Source: an uncultured delta proteobacterium
Lineage (GTDB): Bacteria > Desulfobacterota > Binatia > UBA9968
Length of the DNA stretch: 64,000 nucleotides
Reading direction: 5' to 3'
Assembly: GCA_963804165.1 (NCBI GenBank)
Contig: CAWDPO010000017.1
Coordinates: 96,001-160,000, forward strand
Made by a program: the position numbers and the translations under genes. Below are positions 21,859-31,127 of this stretch, one piece after another. Each line of letters begins with the position of its first letter. The first letter of the stretch is position 1. The notes under the pieces were generated by a model. It worked only from the letters and a program-made list of their open reading frames with translations, had not been told where the DNA came from and ran no database searches.

Positions 21859-23064
21859 GTGACTGTGGCAGATCAGCGTAAAGCTGCGCGCGCGTTGGAC
21901 GGGGTCAAGATTTTGGCTTTCGAGCAGGTGCTGTCGGGACCATTCGCAACCTGTTTGCTTGCCGACATGGGTGCGGAGGTCATCAAAGTCGAACGGCCGG
22001 GTGTCGGCGACGTGATCCGTTCTTGGGATTCGGTCGTTAAGGGATTGTCTTCCGGTTACGTTTGGCTCAACCGCAACAAGCGAAGTCTGACCGTCGACGT
22101 GAAAAAAGAAAAAGGGCGCGAGATTCTCCAGGAGCTGGCAAAGCAATCGGATATATTTTTCGAAAATTACGCGCCAGGCGTTGCTGGACGATTGGAACTT
22201 GGCTACGAAAAACTGAGCGAACTTAACTCACGGTTGATTTACTGTTCTCTATCGGGCTACGGCCAGGACGGTCCTTATCGCGACGTCAAGGCGTACGATT
22301 TACTGATTCAAGGCGAAGGCGGCATCATTGCTACGACGGGTTATCCCGACAAACCCGCGCGCGCAGGCATTGCGATCGCCGACATCGCATCCGGCATGTA
22401 CGCGGCCATCGGAATTCTTCTTGCGCTTTACCAGCGAGAAAAGACCGGCGCGGGACAGCTCATCGACGTTTCGATGCTCGACTCGATTGTCTCTTGGTTA
22501 GGCTATTTTCCCCATCACTATTGGCACGCCGGCGAAGAACCCGCGCGGGTCGGCATGCGCCACCACTACGTCACGCCCTACGGTCCCTATCTCGCCGGCG
22601 ATGGCGAGTATGTGAACCTCGCAGTGGCAAGTGCGTCGGATTGGGAAGTGTTTTGCAAGAAAGTCATCGAAATGCCGGAGCTACTTGAAGATCCACGCTT
22701 TGTCACCGTCGAAGGCCGGCGGAAGAATCGCGGACTCTTGGAAGAAACCATCGAAAACATTTTCTTGGAAAAAGATCACAAGCATTGGCTGGAACAACTC
22801 AAAAGAGCCGAGCTACCGCATGGAATCGTGCGCGGTATCGCGCAAGTGCTCGCGCATCCCCAGGTCGCGGCACGCAAGCTGATCCGCGAGGCTGAATCAC
22901 CGGTGGGTAAAGTTCCCGTGATCGCCAATGCGCTCAAAATGTCCGCCAGTGAGTCGCGCTACGAACGCATCCCTGCGTTGGGTCAAGACAATGAGGCGAT
23001 CCTGCGTGAACTCGGTTACGAAACATCGGATATCGACGTGCTGCGGCGCGATAAAGTTATTTAG
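21859..23064 (+). CDS. Family III CoA transferase (CaiB/BaiF)
   Basis: LADMGAEVIKVERPG, LNRNKRSL, SGYGQDGPY, AYDLLIQ. Confidence 0.93.
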   Translation: MTVADQRKAARALDGVKILAFEQVLSGPFATCLLADMGAEVIKVERPGVGDVIRSWDSVVKGLSSGYVWLNRNKRSLTVDVKKEKGREILQELAKQSDIFFENYAPGVAGRLELGYEKLSELNSRLIYCSLSGYGQDGPYRDVKAYDLLIQGEGGIIATTGYPDKPARAGIAIADIASGMYAAIGILLALYQREKTGAGQLIDVSMLDSIVSWLGYFPHHYWHAGEEPARVGMRHHYVTPYGPYLAGDGEYVNLAVASASDWEVFCKKVIEMPELLEDPRFVTVEGRRKNRGLLEETIENIFLEKDHKHWLEQLKRAELPHGIVRGIAQVLAHPQVAARKLIREAESPVGKVPVIANALKMSASESRYERIPALGQDNEAILRELGYETSDIDVLRRDKVI

Positions 23065-23163
23065 CAATAGATTCCTGTCTCCTTAGGGTTGATGCCTGCG
23101 ATGGAGCAGTCTTGCTCAATGCTTGTGGGGTTCGATCGGCGAACTTCATAGCGAATCCAAATT

Positions 23164-23715
23164 ATGTCTAAACCCCTCGTCGGAGTCATGGGCGCGTCGG
23201 CCAACGATGCGCTGACGAAGACCGACGAAAATCGGCTCAAGTCGCTTGCTAGAGCCCTCGGCGTGGCGATCGCGAAACGGGGCTGTATTCTCATCACTGG
23301 CGCGACTACCGGATTGCCGGATCTAGTTGCAAAAGCGTTTCGCAAGAATGGTGGCTTCGCGGTCGGTGTCTCGCCGGCGGAAAACCATCGCGAGCACGTG
23401 GGGCGCTACGGACTGCCTGAGGACGGGGCCGACGTGATGATTTACACCGGCTTCGGCTACAAAGGACGCAACGTCATCAATGTCCGTTCGGCTGATATCG
23501 TGATCATCTTCGGCGGCGCGACCGGGACGTTGAATGAATTCACTATCGCCTACGACGAAGGCAAAATTATCGGCGTGCTCGAAGGCAGCGGCGGGGTGGC
23601 CGATCATCTTCGAGAAATTATCGAGTTTTGCAACAAACCGACGTCAGGATCGGTTCTTTTTGGGAGCGATCCGGCAAAACTGATCGCGCGGTGTGTTCAA
23701 GCTTTCGGTTTTTAG
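23164..23715 (+). CDS. LOG/SLOG family nucleotide-binding protein (TIGR00725-like)
   Basis: GVMGAS, LITGATTGLP, YTGFGYKGRNVINVRS, GGATGTLNEF. Confidence 0.85.
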   Translation: MSKPLVGVMGASANDALTKTDENRLKSLARALGVAIAKRGCILITGATTGLPDLVAKAFRKNGGFAVGVSPAENHREHVGRYGLPEDGADVMIYTGFGYKGRNVINVRSADIVIIFGGATGTLNEFTIAYDEGKIIGVLEGSGGVADHLREIIEFCNKPTSGSVLFGSDPAKLIARCVQAFGF

Positions 23716-23764
23716 CCGTCGGCAATTTGCGCGGCGCGGGCTAAGCGGTGGGTGCCGACTTGAG

Positions 23765-24334
23765 TCAAATCTTCTTTGGTCCTGTCAGGTATTCCTTCGC
23801 AAACGCTTTTAGCTGATTGCGGTTTAACCCACTCAGGCGGCCTTCTTCTAGTGCTTTTTCTTCGCTCCAACCCTGTTCGATGATGCGAAACATCATCATG
23901 AACGGTGCGACGCGCTCGGCGAAGGCGCAGTTGATCAGCATGGGGTGGTTGGCTGGGTCTCTAACGAGTTTCAAAAAATCGTCAACCTGTTTACGTCGCG
24001 GCAGTTTGGCGGCGGCGGGAATGTTAAAGTAGCGCAGCTTGTTCTGTTCCACCAGTAAACGCTCGCGGATGAGGTCGACGCCGTCTTTCGCCGACCGCAG
24101 GGTCAACACCGAGCGGTAGCCGTTGGCCGCGGCCTTCGCATAAGCCTGCGCCGAAGGTTGGCCGCCTTCGGTCGGCTTGTCGTCGATGCAGAGCACCACC
24201 GGTGCGTCAACTTGTTTTCCGAATGGTTCAAGTTGCTTTGACCGCGGTATTTCGCTTTGTTGAGCGAAAATCGTCGTCTGGAACAGCACAATGATCAACG
24301 TGGCGCTGGCGTACACTGAAATTAGCCTTTTCAC
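23765..24334 (-). CDS. Exported phosphatase-like (DUF442-type) protein, paralog 2
   Basis: Signal peptide, GGQPS, GYRSVLTLR, HPMLINCAFAERV; GTG start assumed. Confidence 0.75.
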   Translation of the reverse strand: MKRLISVYASATLIIVLFQTTIFAQQSEIPRSKQLEPFGKQVDAPVVLCIDDKPTEGGQPSAQAYAKAAANGYRSVLTLRSAKDGVDLIRERLLVEQNKLRYFNIPAAAKLPRRKQVDDFLKLVRDPANHPMLINCAFAERVAPFMMMFRIIEQGWSEEKALEEGRLSGLNRNQLKAFAKEYLTGPKKI

Positions 24335-24425
24335 CTTTCGCTGCCGGTAAAGTGTTGGGGCGAACAGCAATGGAACGTAACCCCCGATGGTTGAAGTGAA
24401 ATACTCGTCGCGAGTCGAGACCATG

Positions 24426-24995
24426 CTATACGCGCTTTGGCGGGTGGCTCGCGATATAGTCTTTGGCAAACTTTTTCAGCCCGTCGCTGCTGAGGCCGAT
24501 CTTGATCGCTTCTTCCAAAGCCTTCTGTTCACTCCACCCCTGCTCGACGACGCGCAAGATCATCATGAAGGCGCCGACCCGATTGGCGCTTGCGCACTGG
24601 ACTAGCATTGGATGGTTGGCCTTATCGCGCGTCAAACGGAGAAATTCGTCGGCCTGCTCCGGCCGCGGCGACGAACTGTTAACCGGAATGTTGAAGTAAC
24701 GCAACTTGTTGCTTTCAACCTGCGCGCGTTCGCGCGCCAGATCGATGCCTTCGCCGGCGGTTCGCAAGCTCAAGACGGCGTGAAATCCGCTGGCAGCTGC
24801 TTTTGCATAGGCATCCCCAGTGGGTTGTCCACCGGTGGCGAAGTTTGTGTCCAAGCACAATATCCGTGGCACATCCGTGCTCAAGGACTTCTGGATCTGA
24901 TCGAGCCGGGCGCGCTCGGTTTTAACAGTTTCCGCTGCGCCGGCGCTCGCGATGTTGAGACTAAGGATGGCGATTAGGGTCAAAAACATTTTCAT
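24426..24995 (-). CDS. Exported phosphatase-like (DUF442-type) protein, paralog 1
   Basis: Signal peptide, TGGQPT, GFHAVLSLR, HPMLVQCASANRVG. Confidence 0.8.
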   Translation of the reverse strand: MKMFLTLIAILSLNIASAGAAETVKTERARLDQIQKSLSTDVPRILCLDTNFATGGQPTGDAYAKAAASGFHAVLSLRTAGEGIDLARERAQVESNKLRYFNIPVNSSSPRPEQADEFLRLTRDKANHPMLVQCASANRVGAFMMILRVVEQGWSEQKALEEAIKIGLSSDGLKKFAKDYIASHPPKRV

Positions 24996-25018
24996 GCTGA
25001 TCGACCTCAACGATCGTC

Positions 25019-26017
25019 TTACAGCTTAAATAACCTCGCGGCGTTCTTGCCGAGAATCGCGATTTTATCCGAGTCGGAGCAGGGCGCCTGGCGAACCATG
25101 GCGAGCGATTCGGTCAGATTCGCCGCTGTCTTGCATTCAAGCGGGTAATCGCTGCCAAACATGATGCGGTCGGCCGTCGTGATATTAAACGCCGCCGCCA
25201 TCGCCGGCAGCCAAGCCCCGGTCCCCGCCGTATCGAAATAGAGACGTTGAAAAAGTTTTTCGAAGCGTTCGGTGAGGCCGAATTGCTTTTGCTCCGCTTG
25301 AGTTTTTAAGTAGCCTTTCATATCGGCGGGGATGTCAGCGTCTTCGGTTTCAAAAAAAGCCATCATGCGCCCCTTGAGCGAGGACGTGCCGCCGCCGAGG
25401 TGGGGCATGATGAAGCGCAGCTCGGGGTAACGCGGCAATACGCTGTTCATCACGCGCACGATCGCCTGAGTCGTTTCCAGCGGGCGAAACACGCAGCGGT
25501 CGAGATTATACAGAGTGTCAGAGCCCGTCGGCTTGGATTGCGGATGGATGACGATGGGCAAATTGTTCTTTTGGATAATTTCGAACAGCGGGTTCATGAC
25601 CGGATTATCGAGCTGGACGTCAAGATGGCAGGCCAGCAGGGCCACGGCGCGCAGGCCCAATTCATCCATACCTCGCTCGAGTTCGCGTTTTGCCGCGTCC
25701 GGCTCATGAACCGGTAGATGAATGCAGCCGCGGAATCGTGTCGGGTATTTTTTCTCGACTTCGGCGATGCCGTCGTTGAGCGCCTTGGCGACGTCCGCGC
25801 CCATGACTTGAACTTGATCCGTTAGGATGGACACGGTCACGCCAGCTTCGTCCATGCATTTCAAGTGCGCTTCGAGATCTTTACGCGACGGATGCAGCGT
25901 CAAGCTGATTTCTTTGGTGACAATGCGTTTGCCGCCCGCCATATTGGCGAGACGATCGAACAACATTGCCGGCATATAGTGATGGTGCACGTCGACGATA
26001 AGTTCTGCTGAAGCCAT
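25019..26017 (-). CDS. Amidohydrolase_2 family protein (ACMSD/decarboxylase-like)
   Basis: VDVHHHY, IVIHP, MPHLGGG, LYFDTA, IMFGSDYP. Confidence 0.9.
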   Translation of the reverse strand: MASAELIVDVHHHYMPAMLFDRLANMAGGKRIVTKEISLTLHPSRKDLEAHLKCMDEAGVTVSILTDQVQVMGADVAKALNDGIAEVEKKYPTRFRGCIHLPVHEPDAAKRELERGMDELGLRAVALLACHLDVQLDNPVMNPLFEIIQKNNLPIVIHPQSKPTGSDTLYNLDRCVFRPLETTQAIVRVMNSVLPRYPELRFIMPHLGGGTSSLKGRMMAFFETEDADIPADMKGYLKTQAEQKQFGLTERFEKLFQRLYFDTAGTGAWLPAMAAAFNITTADRIMFGSDYPLECKTAANLTESLAMVRQAPCSDSDKIAILGKNAARLFKL

Positions 26018-26117
26018 GCTTGGTATAGTCTCCTTGTCGCTGAGATTACTGCGCCAAAACTACGTGACGGCGTTCGTGACTGCAAGAGAGCGCATTACTC
26101 GGACCAGACTTGGGATT

Positions 26118-26834
26118 CTAAAGCGTTCGTCGCGACTCGCGCACAGGAGTGATGAAATAAGAAGCGATCAAGATGAATATCGGCGCAAACACGGCATGCA
26201 CGAAGAAATCCGCCGGCGTCCAGGCGTAACTTGCAGAATACGATGAGGCACAAGGCGGGCAGAGCCACATCAGCGGTCCGGACAAATAAAAAGAGTTGTG
26301 TACACCGCCGAACATGAAACGCTCGCCGAACAGGGCGATGGCACCGCCCAGCGCGAAAGTGCTAGAGATCACCCAGATGCGATCTATACTTTGGTTGTGG
26401 AAGCGAAAAAACAGCGCACCGACGAGAAACAAATAGATAAGGTAAAGCATTAGAATAAAGTGAAAGGGCTCAAACGCGGTCTCGTGAAAAACCGAATGCA
26501 GCCCGAAATTCTTGAAGATTTCAACTTGCTGTGGACGGTCCCAGCGGAAAAAAAGCGCTTTAGAGCCGAAATCCACCAGTAAAACACCGAGCAACAGGCG
26601 CACATAAAGTTTCGATTCTTCAGGCATCGGCTTTCGCCATCTGCCTCTTACGTGAAAATGGGGATGCTTCGTGATTAGCAGCCAACAGGCGGTAAACACG
26701 CCGGTCCAGATCAACGCGTCGTGGGTTGCCTGCGCCGCAGAGTCGCCGCTGTTTAACGCGGCGCCGAGCCAAAAAGGGGTGACAAGCGCCAAAACCAAGC
26801 CTAAAGAGTAGTACCGATCGAGGTTCGAAATCAT
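26118..26834 (-). CDS. Membrane protein with degenerate signal peptidase II (LspA)-like domain
   Basis: LLVDFGSKAL, LGGAIALFGERFMFGGVHNSF, WTPADFF occur in the order of LspA motifs DqxtK, GGAxGNxxDRxxxGxVvDF, FNxAD. Confidence 0.55.
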   Translation of the reverse strand: MISNLDRYYSLGLVLALVTPFWLGAALNSGDSAAQATHDALIWTGVFTACWLLITKHPHFHVRGRWRKPMPEESKLYVRLLLGVLLVDFGSKALFFRWDRPQQVEIFKNFGLHSVFHETAFEPFHFILMLYLIYLFLVGALFFRFHNQSIDRIWVISSTFALGGAIALFGERFMFGGVHNSFYLSGPLMWLCPPCASSYSASYAWTPADFFVHAVFAPIFILIASYFITPVRESRRTL

Positions 26835-27021
26835 GACAGGTACCTGCCGGCCGTTTCGCTTATGTTAGCTTAACCAAGGCGGGGCAGGCAGGTTTGTTGG
26901 TTAATGCCAGCGACGGTCTGTATTTCCTCTCCACAATTCTTCCTACAAATGTGTAGACGCGATTGACGGCGCGCATCTTATAGCCTTCTCATCGTGTGGT
27001 CAATTCCGCAATCGATAGTCA

Positions 27022-27678
27022 TCAGATCGGTGAGGCCTCCAGCGAATGCAGGACGTCCATTGTCACTTCTTTCAACGATGAACAGATTCTCGTCGCTTTG
27101 GAAAAGTCGTGGTGACGGGTATAGTCGTTGGGCACGGCGATGCAGCGCATACCCGCTAGATAGGCCGCCATGACGCCCTTTTCCGCGTCTTCGAGGACCA
27201 GACATTTATTCGGTTCGACCCCGAGGTCATGGGCCGCTTTGAAAAAAATGTCGGGCGCAGGTTTGACCCGCAGCACGTCCAGACCGCTGACTATAACGTC
27301 AAAAAAGTGGGCCATCTTGAGACCGGCCATCACTCCATCGACAGCGTCCCGATAAGACGAGGAGGCGAGCGCGATCTTCAAGTTGCCGTGAAGTGATTGG
27401 AGCAATTCCAGCGCACCCTCCATCGGGCGTAAGGATGACGTTAATAGTTTCAAATAGTGTTCGGACTTGCGCAAGCGGAGCGCCTGGGGATCCAAGTCCA
27501 GACCATGCATCACCACCCAGTCGGCGATTCCCTTACCCGCGCGAACCCAGTGTTCGCAATAATCAGGTTCGCTGAGTTCGACGGCGTGCTCGGCAAACGT
27601 CATCTGATACGCGCGGCAATGGAGCCCTTCGGTGTCAGCCAGGAGGCCATCCAAATCGAATATTACGGTACTGATCAT
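27022..27678 (-). CDS. HAD family phosphatase (beta-PGM/CbbY-like)
   Basis: FDLDGLLADTE, LASSS, KPAPDIF, VLEDAEKG. Confidence 0.92.
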   Translation of the reverse strand: MISTVIFDLDGLLADTEGLHCRAYQMTFAEHAVELSEPDYCEHWVRAGKGIADWVVMHGLDLDPQALRLRKSEHYLKLLTSSLRPMEGALELLQSLHGNLKIALASSSYRDAVDGVMAGLKMAHFFDVIVSGLDVLRVKPAPDIFFKAAHDLGVEPNKCLVLEDAEKGVMAAYLAGMRCIAVPNDYTRHHDFSKATRICSSLKEVTMDVLHSLEASPI

Positions 27679-27774
27679 TTTCGCGATTCGCAGTTCCTAT
27701 TCTAATTCTACCAGGTTTTCAGCGGCTTTCACCCGTCAATTTAGCGACGTTGAAAGCGAATCAAGAGATGGATT

Positions 27775-27810
27775 AAAAAAGGCCCGGGCTTTTTCAAGCC
27801 GGGCCTTTTT
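27775..27810. terminator. Rho-independent terminator (bidirectional form)
   Basis: AAAAAAGGCCCGG-GCTTTTTCAAG-CCGGGCCTTTTT just downstream of the Spy-like gene. Confidence 0.8.
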
Positions 27811-27832
27811 GCTGCGTCAGGGGATCAGGTTG

Positions 27833-28351
27833 TTAAGAAGGTTGGCCTTGCGGAGTGCGGAAATGACCGTGGCGCGAGCGCACGAGCGTCTTCAATTGGT
27901 CTTGTTGCTGTGTTGATAATACCGAGCGGCCGTTATCGAGCGCTTCGACGCGCAAATAGCGCAGTTCGGATCGATACTTCTCGGCTTCCTGGATTTTGGT
28001 CTTAATCTGGATCAAGTTGGCCGGCGTCTGTTGCATCAGCGTGGCGATTTCCTTCTCGATACCCTGCACTTGTTGGTAGAGAGGGGTAACCTGGCTTTGG
28101 TAGTGGTTTTTGATCTTTTCCAAATTCGCCACCTGGTCATTCGTCAAGTTGAGCTCGGTTTTGTGTTTAAGAGCGATGGTGATCAGGGGTGCGCCACCCG
28201 TGAACGGGCCAATCATGCGATCGCCGCGGGCGAACGGCCTTTTCGTGGGCCCGGCTTCCTGTTGTCCCGCAACGACCGGGACGTTGACTAAAGCGCCGCC
28301 CGCCAGAACCGTAAACGCGCTGCCCAGGATTAGTTTTAGAACCTTGTTCAT
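27833..28351 (-). CDS. Spy/CpxP family periplasmic chaperone-like protein
   Basis: Signal peptide; LTxxQ motifs ELNLTNDQ and VLSTQQQ. Confidence 0.8.
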   Translation of the reverse strand: MNKVLKLILGSAFTVLAGGALVNVPVVAGQQEAGPTKRPFARGDRMIGPFTGGAPLITIALKHKTELNLTNDQVANLEKIKNHYQSQVTPLYQQVQGIEKEIATLMQQTPANLIQIKTKIQEAEKYRSELRYLRVEALDNGRSVLSTQQQDQLKTLVRSRHGHFRTPQGQPS

Positions 28352-28388
28352 ATATACCCTCCTCAGGGGGTGTTAGATTTTAGCCCTT

Positions 28389-28416
28389 TAGACGAAGATC
28401 GTTGCAAAAAGTTTAC
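28389..28416 (-). promoter_or_regulatory. ECF sigma-factor promoter
   Basis: Minus strand GTAAAC-N16-CGTCTA, about 40 bp upstream of the Spy/CpxP start. Confidence 0.65.
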
Positions 28417-28514
28417 TGATGCCATCCGTAAGGCGGAATGACCGCCTAAACGACCAAATCAGGCGAAATTCAAGCTTGTTCGAAGGTTATCCCTGGGGGG
28501 GAACGGGGCAGCAG

Positions 28515-29329
28515 TCACTTGTGCTTGGTCGCCGACTTGCGCCGGAGGGTGGTTCTCCGCGGGTTTTTCTGCGACGTGGAAGGTGGAAGATCCAATAGTC
28601 TGTCGAGCATCCGTGCCGGGCTAACCAGAAAATCATGTGTCACCTGATAATGCTCTGTCTGATAATAGTCGACCTGTTCTATTCCTTTGGCTGACAGGTT
28701 GTAAATTATTGCCTCGGGGTAGGCCATCAGAATAGGCGAGTGCGTTGCGATGATGAACTGGGAACGGTGGGTGACGAGATCGTGAATGCGCGTCAGCACT
28801 GCCAATTGCCGCTGCGGAGACAATGCGGCTTCCGGCTCGTCCAAGATGTAGAATCCCTCGCCGACGAAGCGGTTTAATAATAAAGCCATGAAAGATTCCC
28901 CATGGGACTGCTCGTGCAGTGATCGTCCACCAAAGTAATCGATGATGCGCGGACCGATGCCTTCCGAGTCCAGGCGTTCGATTTCAGTAGCGACGTTGAA
29001 ATAGCTTTCGGCGCGAAAGAAGTAACTGTCCGACGGACGGCGCACGCCCTTTACCAGAGTAACGAAGCGTCTCAGTTCGGAATGGGAGGGGCGCGCCTCA
29101 AAGAAAAAATTGCGCGATCCACCCTCAGCATTGAGCCCCCAAGCAATCGCAATCGCTTCCAATAAGGTTGACTTCCCCGTACCGTTGTCACCGACGATAA
29201 AGTCACCTTCGGGTGAAATTCCAGCGTGTGTAGGTGGCGTATGGCGGGCAGGCAGAAGGGATATTCCTTGAATGACCGCACCTCGTCCCGTTTGAGCTGG
29301 ATGGCTCGCACATACTGCGTTGCGATCAT
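28515..29329 (-). CDS. ABC-type AAA ATPase (COG3910-like), single frameshift near 29200
   Basis: YPFCLPAI, Walker A restored as FIVGDNGTGKST, SHGESF, LDEPEAALSPQRQ, IIATHSP. Confidence 0.88.
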
Positions 29330-29550
29330 CGGATTGTCATCGGCCGATCGGGCTTATGTTGCGCAATCAATGATATAGCGAGGAATAGTTTCACTTTAAC
29401 GATGTTTCTCTGTTATCGTAGCCAATGTTCCACTGCGCTATGAAATATGTCAACGGTCTTTGACAGCGTTTACATAGCGATCAACTTGCATCGGTATTGG
29501 CTGCTCTATTAGACTCGGTTCGCGAGAACCTGGAGTCGGAGGAGAAAAGG

Positions 29551-30012
29551 ATGGAAATCGAAAACAGGCTCAAAGAATTGGGCTACGAACTGCCCAATCC
29601 TCCCGTCCCGGCGGCGAACTATATAGGCTATGTCAGGGTCGGTAATCTGCTTTTTATCGGCGGCAACATCGGCCGCATCAACGGTACGCTCAAATATCGC
29701 GGCAAAGTGGGCGATACCGTGACGCTCGAACAAGCCTACGAAGCTGCGCGCAACTGTGCCCTCAACCATCTTGCGATCATGAAGGCTGCGCTCGGTGATC
29801 TCGACAAAGTCGAACGCATCGTCAAAGTCTTGGGTTATGTCAATGTCGCGCCAGGATTTACCGAAATGCCGAAGGTGGTGAACGGCGAGTCGGATTTATT
29901 CGTCGAGCTTTGGGGTGAACAGGGCCGGCACACGCGCGCGGCGGTGGGCGTGGCATCTCTGAGCCAGCAATCGCCGGTGGAGACCGAAGTGATCGTGCAA
30001 GTGAAAGAGTAG
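29551..30012 (+). CDS. RidA/YjgF family protein
   Basis: PAANY, VVNGESDLFVELWGEQGRHTRAAVGVASL. Confidence 0.9.
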   Translation: MEIENRLKELGYELPNPPVPAANYIGYVRVGNLLFIGGNIGRINGTLKYRGKVGDTVTLEQAYEAARNCALNHLAIMKAALGDLDKVERIVKVLGYVNVAPGFTEMPKVVNGESDLFVELWGEQGRHTRAAVGVASLSQQSPVETEVIVQVKE

Positions 30013-30140
30013 GTGATTTCGTCGTCCGGCGTGACGGAGCATTAGAGTAACGAACTTCTTACCCGTGATCCAACCGGGAGCACAATTTACCGCTCCTTTT
30101 TTTGCCCGGGATGGCGCCGTACCCTTGAAGCAAGAACCGA

Positions 30141-30512
30141 TTAATACACGATACTCGCGCGCTTGATCAGATCCTGACTAATCCAGCCTTGTTTGGCGAA
30201 AAACTCGGAAAGGTAGCGCACAGCTTGATCGGCGCTAGCCGCGGCCATGCGAACGACATCGGAACTATTGCCATTAACTCCCGCCGCGACGACGCCGCCG
30301 GCACTTAATCCGAGGCTCAATCCGATCGGAACTGCAGTGCCAACCGGCACAGTAGCGGCGGCTCCCGGCATCGTCCCGCTATCGGCATTGGTCGCGAACT
30401 CCAAGACCTTTTGGCGTTGTCCGGCGGCAAAAACTTGCACGCGGGTGCTCATTGTTGATGCTCCCGACCCGAACCCAATCAACAGGCAGTGCAGCGGATT
30501 ACCTTCGTCGGC
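30141..30512 (-). pseudogene. C-terminal remnant of a DUF4410-like lipoprotein
   Basis: DEGNPLHCLLIGFGSGAS...ADSGTMPGAA...FFAKQGWI with no N-terminal half or signal peptide. Confidence 0.6.
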
Positions 30513-30575
30513 GCGCCACTGAACAAGCTTAGCAGATGGTAGGACTGGCGATCAAGAAATTTTCCCGCACACCCG

Positions 30576-30902
30576 TCAATCGTCAAGAGCTAACAACCGG
30601 TGCACGATCATCGCACTCGTCAAAATTAGCGCGACAGTCATGATCGCGGCGCCGAAGGGGGCGAGGGCGATGAATTCAAGCACGCCGACTGCGCTCACGG
30701 CCAATGCTGCGAGAGCTAGTTTGAGATAGAATTTCAGCGTGCCCCGGTGGTTTTTAGGCCTCCCGAAAAGCGTCCGCCGGTCAAACTCGGAAAAAAGCGG
30801 TTGATTGTTCCGCCAACGACGGAACTGAACAAACCTGACCGTGAACCACATCACAAAAATCAGTACGGGTACTTCCGATAGTAGGTATCCAAGTTTTTCC
30901 AT
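30576..30902 (-). CDS. Hypothetical three-TM membrane protein
   Basis: Hydrophobic helices; start taken at MEKLGY. Confidence 0.55.
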   Translation of the reverse strand: MEKLGYLLSEVPVLIFVMWFTVRFVQFRRWRNNQPLFSEFDRRTLFGRPKNHRGTLKFYLKLALAALAVSAVGVLEFIALAPFGAAIMTVALILTSAMIVHRLLALDD

Positions 30903-31127
30903 GGTGAGTTGGCGTCTGGTTGAGGCGCGTCTCCTTCGTTGCGTAATTTTCAGCACAATCCCCCCGCAAGCTTCCTATAAGAGTGTGCAATCCATGTCAA
31001 TCCCTCGCATTGCTTGGCGTAAATCGAGCCTTTAGGTGCGGAGGCATGGTTTGGCAATGGGAAACATTGTTACGCGACAGCCAGAGTTATACTTCGATAG
31101 CTCTTGTTCGCGACGTCATTGAATTGG

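Noticed and set aside
29190-29210. Programmed frameshift before the Walker A motif of the ATPase
   Set aside because: One missing T in a short run restores the frame; there is no slippery heptamer.
29448-29465. Palindrome TGTCAA-CGGTCT-TTGACA upstream of ridA
   Set aside because: It could be an operator or back-to-back -35 boxes, but there is no second copy, good -10 or nearby regulator to support a call.
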